Origin: Haliotis rufescens
Lineage: Eukaryota
Length of the DNA stretch: 64,000 bases
Assembly: GCF_023055435.1 (NCBI RefSeq)
Contig: NW_025964372.1
Coordinates: 21,266,001 to 21,330,000, forward strand
Direction of reading: 5' to 3'
Made by a program: the position numbers and the translations under genes. The notes beneath the pieces were generated by a model, which saw only the letters and a program-made list of their open reading frames with translations, was not told where the DNA came from and searched no databases. Below, in pieces: positions 1-13,200 of this stretch (the first letter of the stretch is position 1; each line of letters starts with the position of its first letter).

Positions 1-1031
1 ATGCACTTACTTCATGTCTCAACACCTGCACTTAATACATGTCTTAACACCTGCACTTACTACACGTCTCAACACCTGCACTTACTACATGTTTCTACAC
101 CTGCACTTACTACATGTCTCAACACCTGCACTTACTACATGTTTCTACACCTGCACTTACTACACGTCTTAACACCTGCACTTACTACACGTCTCAACAC
201 CTGCACTTACTACATGTTTCTACACCTGCACTTACTACACGTCTCAACACCTGCACTTACTACATGTCTCAACACCTGCACTTACTACATGTTTCTACAC
301 CTGCACTTACTACACGTCTTAACACCTGCACTTACTACACGTCACAACACCTGCACTTACTACATGTCTCGACACCTGCACTTACTACACGTCACAACAC
401 CTGCACTTACTACACGTCACAACACCTGCACTTACTACATGTCTCGACACCTGCACTTACTACACGTCACAACACCTGCACTTACTACACGTCACAACAC
501 CTGCACTTACTACATGTCTCGACAAATGCACTTACTTCATGTCTCAACACCTGCACTTAATACATGTCTTAACACCTGCACTTACTACACGTCTCAACAC
601 CTGCACTTACTACACGTCTCGACAAATGCACTTACTTCATGTCTCAACACCTGCACTTAATACATGTCTTAACACCTGCACTTACTACACGTCTCAACAC
701 CTGCACTTACTACACGTCTCGACAAATGCACTTACTTCATGTCTCAACACCTGCACTTACTACATGTCTTAACACCTGCACTTTCTACACGTCTCAACAC
801 CTGCACTTACTACACGTCTCGACAAATGCACTTACTTCATGTCTCAACACCTGCACTTACTACATGTCTTAACACCTGTACTTACTACACGTCTCAACAC
901 CTGCACTTACTACACGTCTCGACAAATGCACTTACTACACGTCTCAACACCTGCACTTACTACACGTCTCGACACCTGCACTTACTACATGTCTCAACAC
1001 CTGCACTTACTTCATGTCTCAACACCTGCAC
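1..1031. repeat. 25-bp minisatellite (cacctgcacttactacatgtctcaa), paralog A intron 4, runs off the window
   Basis: Direct tandem periodicity, more than 40 copies. Confidence 0.95.
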
Positions 1032-1116
1032 TGACCACTTTCTATATCTCAACCCACTAGTGACGACGCTCCAGTGTTCTTGTTCTAGTAGATATTCCCC
1101 TTCCCGCTCTACCTAC

Positions 1117-4100
1117 CTTTGCCTGTACTGCTAGATGGAACGCCCCCTTCTTGAAGGGCAGCAGGGATCCCCCGTGGTTCCTCTTTCCCTCGGGGAAGAT
1201 CCACACCTTGCACTGCAGAGGACATGAATTACATTGTCTTTATAGACTGTCACATCCATAATTGTCTCTGCATAAACATGCACTGTACTACATGTTCTGT
1301 GGCACTCATATGGGCTGCGGACGTGCCCTTGTACGTCAACCTCGACTGATAGCGTCTATGTACGTCAACCTCGACGACAGCGTCTCTTTACGTCAACCTC
1401 GACTACAGCGTTTATGTACGTCAACCTCGACTACAGCGTTTATATACGTCAACCTCGACTGCAGCGTTTATGTACGTCAACCTCGACTACAGCGTCTCTT
1501 TACGTCAACCTCGACTACAGCGTCTCTTTACGTCAACCTTGACTACAGCGTTTATGTACGTCAACCTCGACTACAGCGACTCTTTACGACAACCTCGACT
1601 GATGTCGTCTCTGTACGGCAACCTCAATTGATGGCGTCTCTGTACGGCAACCTCAACTGATGGCGTCTCTGTACGGCAACCTCAACTGATGGCGTCTCTG
1701 TACGTCACCCCGGACCTATAGCCTTTCTGCACCTTATCCCTGACCTACACTAGTTACGCGTTGACCTTGACCCACCTTGTCTCTGTTGATGATGTCAGCT
1801 GTCTTCGCCATGGTGGACATGGCTTTCTCCTTGTCCAGGCGGTCAATGAAAATGCCACCGCTCAACCATATCGCCAGTCCGAAAGGTCCTGCTGCGTACT
1901 TAATCTCCTTCTTTGCCAGACATGTACAATTCGGGGGCTTGATAACAGCCATTCCTGGGTGTACAAATATAACATCACGTCAGTAAGCACGTCATCCTAA
2001 ATGCGCCGCAATGCGCTGAGGAGGGTTGTGTCCCTTGGGCACGCCAGAAACCTATGATTGTTTCGCCCGGTTCGCTCCGAGTATGTTTCTAGGTTTGTCA
2101 GCACCACATCTGTGTTCGTGGGTTTCACCGAAGCGGTAAACATCAGTGACCAGCATCACTTCGAGTTTTCCTCCCACATCAAGCTGACACGCCGTGATAT
2201 AACTGGAATCAGAGACCATATACCGGTATATGGTCTTGCTGGAATACTGTTCGAAGCTGCGTTACACCCAACTCACTAAGCCACATCACCTAACACGCAT
2301 AATGATGATATTTTACGAGCGCTTTGTATTCTCATAAAATCATCCAGCTGGTTCAGAATACCTTGTTTCACCAACGTGTCACTCATCAATGAGATGTATT
2401 GAGATTTGTGATTCACCTATGATACCAAGGGTTATGTGCGAGTCCCTGAGACCCTGAGAGATCTGTGTCTCACACATAAGATCCAGGGAGATCTGATTCA
2501 CCTTTGAGATGTAAGGCGATCTGGCTCGCCCGTGAGATCTATGGAGATCTGACTCGCCCATGAGATCCAGGGAGATCTGACTCATCCATAAGACAGAGGG
2601 AGATCTGACTCGCCCGTGAGATCTATGGAGATCTGAGGTCTAGGGAGATCTGACTCACCCATGAGATCAAGGGAAATCTGAGACTCGCCAATGAGGTCTT
2701 GGGAGCCCTGACTCACCCATGAGTTGTGGAGAGATCTGACTCACCCATGGGATAATAGGAGCTCTGACTCACCCATTAGATCCAGGGAGCTCTGACTCAC
2801 CCATTAGATCCAAGGAGCTCTGGTGGTTGGACACTAGGATGTACGGTTCATCTGAACGGAGGTTCTCCTCATCAATCACTTCCGTATGGATACCAAACGC
2901 CTTCCGCACCAGGTTGAACGCTACAGCAGCATAACTGAAATATAGCATCCAGTTATAATAAAGAGTTATGTCAGAGTGATCTACAGCCTTTTAATACACA
3001 AACTCACTACTTATTGGTATAACAGATAACAAACACGCTATACCTGATACTACAGAGAACATACACTACCCACTGAGTGAATGAGTGAGTGAGTGGGCGA
3101 GTATTCAGCCGCATCTACCGAATGGTACATTTTACACTGTGTAACAGACACCACCCCCTTAAACACCAGGTAACAGACACTACCCCCTTATACCACAGGT
3201 AACAGACACTACCCCCTTATTCCACAGGTAACAGACGCTCCCCACTTATACACCAGGTAACAGACACTACCCCCTTATACCACAGGTAACAGACACTACC
3301 CCCTTATACCACAGGTAACAGGCGCTCCCCACTTATACACCAGGTAACAGACACAACCCCCTTATACACCAGGTAACAGACACTACCCCCTTATACCACA
3401 GGTAACAGACATTACCCCCTTATACCACAGGTAACAGACACTCCCCACTTATACACCAGGTAACAGACACGATCCCCTTATACACCAGGTAACAGACATT
3501 AACCCCCTTATACACCAGGTAACAGACACTACCCCCTTATACACCAGGTAACAGACACTACCCCCTTATACCACAGATAACAGACACTTCCCCCTTATAC
3601 CACAGGTAACAGACACTACCCCCTTATACCACAGGTAACAGACATTACCCCCTTATACCACAGGTAACAGACACTACCCCCTTATACACCAGGTAACAGA
3701 CACTACCCCCTTATACCACAGGTAACAGACACTACCCCCTTATACCACAGGTAACAGACACTACCCCCTTATACACCAGGTAACAGACACTACCCCCTTA
3801 TACCACAGGTAACATACGCTCCCCACTTATACACCAGGTAACAGTCACTAACGCCTCAAACCACAGGTAACAGACACTCCCCACTTATACACCAGGTAAC
3901 AGACACTACCCCCTTATACCACAGGTAACAGACACTGCCCCCTTATACACCAGGTAAAAGACGCTCCCCACTTATACCACAGGTAACAGACACGACCCGC
4001 TAATACCAAAGGTAACAGGCACTCCCCACTTATACACCAGGTAACAGACACTTCCCCCTTATACCACAGGAAACAGACACTCCCCACTTATACACCAGGT

Positions 4101-5549
4101 AACAGACACTACCTGCTTATACCACAGGTAACATACACTACCCTCTTATACCACAGGTAACAGACGCTCCCCACTTATACACCAGGTAACAGACACTACC
4201 CCCTTATACCACAGGTAACAGACACTACCCCCTTATACACCAGGTAACAGACACTACCCCCTTTTACCACAGGTAACAGACATTACCCCCTTATACCCAA
4301 GGTAACAGACACTACCCCCTTATTCACCAGGTTACAGACACCCCCCCCCCCTTATACCACAGGTAACATACACTAGCCCCTTATACCACAGGTAACAGAC
4401 ACTCCCCACTTCTACAACAGGTAGCAGACACTAGCCCCTTATACCACAGGTAACATACACTCCCTTATACACCAGGTAACAGACACTAGCCCCTGATACC
4501 ACAGGTAACAGACACTCCCCACTTATACACCAGGTAACAGACACCCACCCCTTATACCACAGGTAACAGACACTAGCCCCTGATACCACAGGTAATAGAC
4601 ACTCCCCACTTATACACCAGGTAACAGACACCCACCCCTTATACCACAGGTAACAGGCACTACCCCCTTATACCACAGGTAACAGGCACTCCCCACTTAT
4701 ACACCAGATAACAGACACTACCCCCTTATACCACAGGTAACAGACGATACCCCCTTATACCACAGGTAACAGACACTCCCCACTTATACACCAGGTAACA
4801 GACACTACCCCCTTATACCACAGGTAACAGACACTACCCCCTTCTACAACAGGTAACAGACACTCCCCACTTATACCACAGGTAACAGACACTACCCCCT
4901 TATACCACAGGTAACAGACACTCCCCACTTCTACAACAGGTAACATACACTACCCCCTTATGCAATAAGTAACAGACGCTCAAACGCCTTTACATCATGT
5001 TTACAGACGCTCCCCACTTATACAGCAGATAACAGACGCTATCCCCTTATACTCTACGAAACGAACACTACCCACTTATATAACAGGTAACAGACACTCC
5101 CCACTAGACTAACATCTAGTCTCTGAAATAAACATCGTTTACAGAAAAAAAAAGTTGTTAAATTATAGTTAGAAAATATAATAATAAGGAGCCCAGAGAC
5201 TTTCTTCATTTTCAGATAATGCAGTAATCTAGACTTGCCAAACCCTATAGGCTTGCATGGGCTGTATTGGATATATTTGTTTCAGGGTCTGCATGACAGA
5301 CGCTCCCCACTTATACAACAGAGAACAGACTCTCCTCACCAGCAGAGGAGCTTGGAAAACATGGCGGACATACCTGAAGTTGTTTAAGTCTTTCGGTTTG
5401 AAGAGAGACAGAATTGTGACCCCTGACCCTATGGCTGTGAGGAGCACGTAGTAGATGGCGAACTTGACGTAGTACTTGAGGGTGTGGCTAATTTGGAGGA
5501 GCACCGGGAGAACCAGGAGGAAGACCAGCAGTACCACCCACACATACAT
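1117..5549 (-). CDS. AGPAT1/2: AGPAT1/2-like lysophosphatidic acid acyltransferase, paralog A (3'-partial). Exons 5549-5374, 2934-2801, 1954-1776, 1212-1117; exons 5-6 should lie left of the window
   Basis: Hand-spliced with GT-AG junctions and continuous frame. N-terminal TM segment [15 protein letters not shown], motif I NHQSSLD, motif II FIDR, motif III variant FPEGKR followed by [12 protein letters not shown]. Exon 2 (134 nt) and exon 4 (96 nt) sizes match paralogs B and C. Confidence 0.93.
1330..1710. repeat. 28-bp minisatellite (tacgtcaacctcgactacagcgtttatg)
   Basis: Tandem periodicity. Confidence 0.9.
1992..2277 (+). mobile_element. SINE family S1
   Basis: Similar to 24320-24598. Confidence 0.75.
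2378..2823. repeat. 28-bp minisatellite derived from the paralog A exon-2 donor junction
   Basis: Unit tgactcacccattagatccagggagctc is the reverse complement of the exon end plus gtgagtca. Confidence 0.9.
3140..5110. repeat. 29-bp minisatellite (acaggtaacagacactacccccttatacc)
   Basis: Tandem periodicity, about 65 copies. Confidence 0.95.
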
Positions 5550-6151
5550 TCCGGGGGGTCAGCACGGGGGGCACAATACGGACACACAATTCACGCTTGT
5601 AGTTACACGGCTTGCTTCACGCTAGCTGCGCGGGTTGATTCGCCTGTTTCCGCTTCTGTTTTCACTTTCGTTTTCACTTTCCTTTTCACGTCTGTTTTCG
5701 GTCAGTTATTTCCTTCACGTAGGGGTTCGATCAGCTATAAGCTTCACAAACTGTACATTCCGTGAGAGCAAATACGGGGAGCCTTGCCGAACTGTACACT
5801 TGACAACATTGGTATGTGGGTCACGTGACAGCAAGTGTCCACGAGGCGGATGTTTGTGTGAAGCACGTGAATCTGTTGCAGGAGGAGGTGAGATGCGGGT
5901 GAGGTGGGGCTTGAGGTGCAGGTGTGATGTTGGTGAGATGGGGCGGTGGTTACAGCGGTAGAAACCCTCACTTTGACTGAGGGGACTGTACAATCAGCCA
6001 GTCAGGTCGGGATGACCTTCTCCCACAGTGCACGCTTCCAGCACTGATATATGACATGTATTGTAACCAGTGTCAGCGAGGCCATCGTGGCGACGTGTGA
6101 CAAATATCGGTTATCAGCTCATGTAGAGCAAGAAACAGAACGTTGGGAAGT

Positions 6152-9100
6152 GCGGGGCTCACCAGTAACAGGGGTGTGTAGCAAGGGACATAACACTGGG
6201 GAGGGCGGGGCTCACCAGTAACAGGGGTGTGTAGCAAGGGACATAACACTGAGGAGGGCGGGGCTCACCAGTAACAGGGGTGTGTACCAAGGGACATAAC
6301 ACTGGGGAGGTCAGGGTTCACCAGTAACAGGGATGTGTAGCAAGGGACATAACACTAGGGAGGACGGGTCTCAACAGTAACAGGGGTGTGTAGCAAGGGA
6401 CATAACACTGGGGAGGTCAGGGTTCACCAGTAACAGGGATGTGTAGCAAGGGACATAACACTAGGGAGGACGGGTCTCAACAGTAACAGGGGTGTGTAGC
6501 AAGGGACATAACACTAAGGAGGGCGGGGCTCACCAGTAACAGGGGTGTGTAGCAAGGGATAACACTGGGAGGGAGGGACTCACCAGTAACAGGGATGTGT
6601 AGCAAGGGACATAACACTGGGAGGGAGGGGCTCACCAGTAACATGAGTGTGTAGCAAGGGACATAACACTAGGGAGGGAGGGGCTCACCAGTAACAGGGG
6701 TGTGTAGCAAGGGACATAACACTGAGGAGGGAGGGACTCACCAGTAACAGGGATGTGTAGCAAGGGACATAACACTGGGAGGGAGGGGCTCACCAGTAAC
6801 ATGAGTGTGTAGCAAGGGACATAACACTGGGGAGGGCGGGGTTCACCAGTAACATGAGTGTTTAGCAAGGGACATAACACTGGGGAGGTCAGGGTTCACC
6901 AGTAACAGGGGTGTATAGCAAGGGACATAACACTGGGGGGGGGGGGGGGGGGGGGGGGGGGCGGGGTTCACCAGTAACATGAGTGTATAGCAAGGGACAT
7001 AACACTGGGGAGGGCGGGGTTCACCAGTAACAGGGGTGTTTAGCAAGGGACATAACACTGGGGAGGTCAGGGCTCGACAGTAACAGGGGTGTGTAGCAAG
7101 GGACATAACACTGGGAGGGCGGGGCTCACCAGTAACAGGGATGTGTGGCAAGGGACATAACACTGGGAGGGCGGGGCTCACCAGCAACAGGGATGTGTGG
7201 CAAGGGACATAACACTGGGGAGGGCGGGGTTCACCAGTAACAGCGATGTGTAGCAAGGGACATAACCCTGGGAGGGCGGGGTTCACCAGTAACAGCGATG
7301 TGTAGCAAGGGACATAACCCTGGGAGGGCGGGGTTCACCAGTAACAGCGATGTGTAGCAAGGGACATAACACTGGGAGGGCGGGGCTCACCAGCAACAGG
7401 GATGTGAAGCAAGGGACATAACACTGGGAGGGCGGGACTCACCAGCAACAGGGATGTGAAGCAAGGGACATAACACTGGGGAGGTCAGGGTTCACCAGTA
7501 ACAGGGATGTGTAGCAAGGGACATAACCCTGGGAGGGCGGGGTTCACCAGTAACAGCGATGTGTAGCAAGGGACATAACACTGGGGAGGGCGGGGTTCAC
7601 CAGTAACAGCGATGTGTAGCAAGGGACATAACACTGGGGAGGGCGGGGTTCACCAGTAACATGAGTGTGTAGCAAGGGACATAACACTGGGGAGGGCGGG
7701 GTTCACCAGTAACAGGGGTGTTTAGCAAGGGACATAACACTGGGGAGGTCAGGGCTCGACAGTAACAGGGGTGTGTAGCAAGGGACATAACACTGGGAGG
7801 GCGGGGCTCACCAGTAACAGGGATGTGTGGCAAGGGACATAACACTGGGAGGGCGGGGCTCACCAGCAACAGGGATGTGTGGCAAGGGACATAACACTGG
7901 GGAGGGCGGGGTTCACCAGTAACAGCGATGTGTAGCAAGGGACATAACCCTGGGAGGGCGGGGTTCACCAGTAACAGCGATGTGTAGCAAGGGACATAAC
8001 CCTGGGAGGGCGGGGTTCACCAGTAACAGCGATGTGTAGCAAGGGACATAACACTGGGAGGGCGGGGCTCACCAGCAACAGGGATGTGAAGCAAGGGACA
8101 TAACACTGGGAGGGCGGGACTCACCAGCAACAGGGATGTGAAGCAAGGGACATAACACTGGGGAGGTCAGGGTTCACCAGTAACAGGGATGTGTAGCAAG
8201 GGACATAACCCTGGGAGGGCGGGGTTCACCAGTAACAGCGATGTGTAGCAAGGGACATAACACTGGGGAGGGCGGGGTTCACCAGTAACAGCGATGTGTA
8301 GCAAGGGACATAACACTGGGGAGGGCGGGGTTCACCAGTAACAGGGGTGTGTAGCAAGGGACATAACCCTGGGAGGGCGGGGTTCACCAGTAACAGCGAT
8401 GTGTAGCAAGGGACATAACCCTGGGAGGGCGGGGTTCACCAGTAACAGGGATGTGTAGCAAGGGACATAATCCTGGGAGGGCGGGGCTCACCAGTAACAG
8501 CGATGTGTAGCAAGGGACATAACCCTGGGAGGGCGGGGCTCACCAGTAACAGCGATGTGTAGCAAGGGACATAACCCTGGGAGGGCGGGGTTCACCAGTA
8601 ACAGGGATGTGTAGCAAGGGACATAATCCTGGGAGGGCGGGGCTCACCAGTAACAGCGATGTGTAGCAAGGGACATAACCCTGGGAGGGCGGGGCTCACA
8701 AGTAACAGCGATGTGTAGCAAGGGACATAACCCTGGGAGGGCGGGGTTCACCAGTAACAGGGATGTGTAGCAAGGGACATAATCCTGGGAGGGCGGGGCT
8801 CACCAGTAACAGCGATGTGTAGCAAGGGACATAACCCTGGGAGGGCGGGGCTCACCAGTAACAGCGATGTGTAGCAAGGGACATAACACTAGGGAGGGCG
8901 GGGTTCACCAGTAACAGGGATGTGTAGCAAGAGACATAATCCTGGGAGGGCGGGGCTCACCAGTAACAGCGATGTGTAGCAAGGGACATAACCCTGGGAG
9001 GGCTGGGCTCACCAGTAACAGCGATGTGTAGCAAGGGACATAACCCTGGGAGGGCGGGGTTCACCAGTAACAGGGATGTGTAGCAAGGGACATAACCCTG

Positions 9101-9327
9101 GGAGGTCGGGGCTTACCAGTAACATGAGTGTGTAGCAAGGGACATAACCCTGGGAGGGCGGGGTTCACCAGTAACATGAGTGTGTAGCAAGGGACATAAT
9201 CCTGGGAGGGCGGGGTTCACCAGTAACATGAGTGTGTAGCAAGGGACATAACCCTGGGAGGGCGGGGTTCACCAGTAACATGAGTGTGTAGCAAGGGACA
9301 TATAACACTGGGAGGGCGGGGCTCACC
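6152..9327. repeat. 52-53-bp G-rich minisatellite, GC box in most units
   Basis: Unit ctcaccagtaacaggggtgtgtagcaagggacataacactggggagggcgggg, about 60 copies. Confidence 0.95.
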
Positions 9328-9631
9328 TGCTATTCGACTTTGTATGTGTTTGTGACGGGTGCCCCCATTGCAGCAGGATAATCGCACCTTTATGATAACA
9401 CCTGGTGTCATAATAGTGATTCATAAGCACATACGCCTGACATAGTCAGGAATCGCTCAGTTGACTAAACCACTACATATTACGGTCTAATGGATAGATT
9501 GTTTGCAAATGTAACTTATCTACCTTTGTCCAGAACATTAAACTCCAGCTCCCTACAAGAACTCTGGGGTCACTGTGGATGAATCTGGTGCCATCAATGA
9601 CTAGAAGGCTGCTGGACAATGGTAATACAGA

Positions 9632-9825
9632 CAATGCTCAGACCCCTTGGTAACGCACCATCAAGAGGGATGGCACCATTCTCAAACCCCTGGACCACGC
9701 ATCATCTGGAGGGATGGCACCATGCTCAGACCCCTGGACCACGCATCATCTGGAGGGATGGCACCATGCTCAGACCCCTGGACCACGCATCATCTGGAGG
9801 GATGGCACCATGCTCAGACCCCTTG
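9632..9825. repeat. 44-bp tandem repeat, about 4 copies
   Basis: catgctcagacccctggaccacgcatcatctggagggatggcac. Confidence 0.85.
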
Positions 9826-9896
9826 AAGAGTGGATGGTAAAGAGGAGGTCTGTGATTGCCTTGTCGGCCCGGAGTTAGTATACTGTCTCTGTGTGG

Positions 9897-9930
<34 letters not shown>

Positions 9931-10103
9931 CACCTTTTCACCTCACCAAGTATCTTACTTAGTACACCATTTTTGAAATGCCTCCCAAGCAAGTTATAAA
10001 TAGCAAAATACAATTCTATAAATCAAAACCCCTTAACTTTGTTTTAAAGATGGTTGTTTTAAGCGAATAATCAATACAAAACTATTTGATGACGGGAAGT
10101 TTG

Positions 10104-10109
10104 TTTATT
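10104..10109 (-). promoter_or_regulatory. Probable polyadenylation signal of paralog B
   Basis: AATAAA on the minus strand about 140 nt after the stop codon. Confidence 0.55.
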
Positions 10110-10248
10110 CTATACACATATGTACACTAAGACCTTGACCTTGTGCAGTGCACATGACGCCTCGTAACTATAACATTACGCACGATGTTCACCGCCACAA
10201 GGTACGTGGCAATGTCAAAGGTTGTCAATATCACGTCGCATAACGTTG

Positions 10249-13200
10249 CTATGACGTCGTTTTGTTGTAAACATCCAGCATCCGTTGTCGTATATCTTCA
10301 GTGAGGGCCCCGACGTCGTCCTCAGTCAACCCTGCGGTGGAGACCGGCGGCAGTGCAGTGATGGTGAAACGTCCTGTGGAATATATACACCCTCGAAAGT
10401 CGTCGATGATGTCAATCAACACACATAAATAGTCATCGCATACACACACACATAAAACTAGCACATATATACAGTAAATTACGTTTATAACGAACACGCT
10501 TATAACGAACTGACGGATATAACCAACTGTGTTTGGTCCTGTCCGTTTGCTCTATATATTCCGTACATTTGCTTTTGTCGTACTCCGGTTATAACGAATT
10601 AAAATTAGTGGTCCCTTTGAGTTCGTTATAACCGTAGTTTACTGTAGAGGTTATCACGCGAGTGTCTTTTGGGATAATGACAATAACCAGACATTTGTAT
10701 AGCGCTAGAATCCAGTTAAAGCAATTGCTCGAAAGCGCTTAAGGAGACAACATTCCACTGGATACATAACAGCAATTGTGACTATGTGAAATCGTGATGA
10801 TGGCCGAACATATAACACAGGCCCGGGAAGAACTAATCGTATTGTTTGATATTAAGCCTCTGTGAAAAGGTCAGTCAACTGTGCCTTGAATTTTTCTGCT
10901 CCTTAAAGGGGAAGTGTACACGCAAAAATCACTTTCTTTCTTTTTCTAAACAAAACGCAATTTTAGAATTAGTTAGTATCTGTGTTTGAAAATATACACT
11001 CATTTTTTTTCACAGTGAAAGTAGGAAGCTCACAATAGTGTTAAAATGATATGCCGTTATGAGGCCTTCGTTTTACGAGCGAAATAGGCCTGAGTTATCC
11101 CCCTTAGATTATGACGTAATTGGTGCCAATTAAACTGGGTCCCTGTCTATTCTCAACGCAAAAGATATCAAGGACCAGTTTGCGGTAAAACAACATGGTC
11201 TACGCCACACTCCGGCGCAGTGGTGACTCAGCATAACACAATTCTGGCTGGCATCTGAGACGCTAGAATCACAAAACTGTACCTACACCACCTGGAGCGG
11301 CTCTAACAAAGCATGATGACGTCATAATGTTTATCAATTGGCACCAATGACGTCATATTGCAAGGGGCATAAGCCATGGTGTTTTTGTTATGGAAATAGA
11401 ACACTTGGTAAATGTGAAAAATATAAATCGTTTTAATGCAAAAAATATGTTAATTAAATATGATGTTTTTATATTTTTGTCTATGACACTTCTATGTTAA
11501 CACTTTTAATGTGGAAAAAGTACAAGAAAAATTGGTTCATTTCCGTGTGAACTTGCCCTTTAATGTTGGCTGGGATAGAGCAAGGGATCTGCTCTTGAGA
11601 AACAATGGTCACCAGACGTATTGAGAGGACACAAAGAAGATGTTGGCCATTTCATGTCAAGGCTCTGGTTGACGTATACTCCTGAACGAGCTCCAGGAGG
11701 TAGAGTGAAGAAAGGCCATGTCATGTTTTGAACACCAGCATGGGGATCTTGAACTTTATTCTGCCAATAGGTCTTGTAAGACGGGACTTATATGGTGACA
11801 TTTTCTTGTTTTTTGGACAAGTAGCCAGGATGTGACAAAACACATGGCTCTACCAAAGTGGCAACTGTCTTGGTGATAATCAACTTTCTAATTTGGCCGA
11901 AGTTCCTGATGTTGTAGTGTGCCCTTATGGTGTTTGACACAGAGCTTAGAAACAAGTGAAACATCACATCCAGGTCTCCGGCTTCCAGGTCTCTGGGTCC
12001 CATGACCAAGCCCCGAATCCCGACCCTGAGAGTGTTGCCCCGTGAAGATCCGGGGTCTTCAGCAACCCACGCTTGCCGAAGGAGGCGACTATGCTTGTCG
12101 TAAGAGGCGACTAACGGGATCGGATGGTCAGGCTCCCTGACTTGGTTGATGCATGTCATCGTATCCCAATTGCGCAGATCAATGCTGATGATGTCAGTCA
12201 CTGGATTGTCCGGTTAAGACTCGAATATTTACAAACCGACGTCGTATAGCTAGAATATTGCTGGGTACGGCGTTAAACAATAAACAAACAAACAAACTGT
12301 CTGAGAGGTGGGAGTATTAATTCGTCTGGCTGACATTGAGCATATGATGAGTGACCGATGTGTCCGAGCAATATCTCCCAGAGGTGTAGTGTAAATAGTC
12401 GTAGTCCGGTCCTAGTACAGCTCCTTTAGCCATCCTATAAATATCCCATACTAGGAATAAACACTGTACTTATACAGCCTTGTCGTGATAACCTCCATCT
12501 AAATCACATAATGTTATTCTTAAATCCCATTATAGAAAACGTATCTCGCAAATGATACTTTCCCCACACTTACAACAGGTCACAGTCATCCTGTGAGACA
12601 CACAGAAAGACACATTTATATTGTGGGACACACACATACACATACACGCACACGCACATATATGTATACACGCACGCATGCACACACACACAAACGCACA
12701 CACAAGGACACAGCCACGCTGTGGGACACACACTACTCACCTGCATCAAGCCGTTTCTTCTTCTCGTAGAAATGATAGCCCGAAAACACCACGGGGACAA
12801 CTGGTACCTGTCACAGAACAAACATGCAGATTACCCCGGTGACCGCTCACTGCCCTGTACATATATTAAATATACCTGTACTGCTTCCCTGTAAAAGTAC
12901 TGCTTACCCATATCTCATCTGTGATCTACTGCTTCCCCATATCTCATCTGTGATCTACTGCTTACCCATATCTCGTCTGTGATCTACTGCTTCCCCATAT
13001 CTCATCTGTGATCTACTGCTTCCCCATATCTCGTCTGTGATCTACTGCTTCCCCATATCTCACCTGTGATCTACTGCTTCCCCACATCTCGTCTGTGCTT
13101 GTACTGTGACCACATGTCTCACCTGTGCTTGTACTGTTTCCCTGTATCTCACCTGTACTTGTACTGTGGCCACATGTCTCACCACATATCTCACTTGTCC

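Noticed and set aside
1-1134. His/Thr/Cys-rich plus-strand ORFs
   Set aside because: Products of the 25-bp array, antisense within an AGPAT intron
3140-5110. CAG|GTAAC donor-like motif in each 29-bp unit (similarly CAG|GTACGT at 58130-59065)
   Set aside because: Antisense to the host gene, or downstream of the stop, with no matching exon end; not counted as a junction array
6935-6961. Long poly-G run
   Set aside because: Homopolymer expansion within one repeat unit; length unreliable and possibly a sequencing artefact
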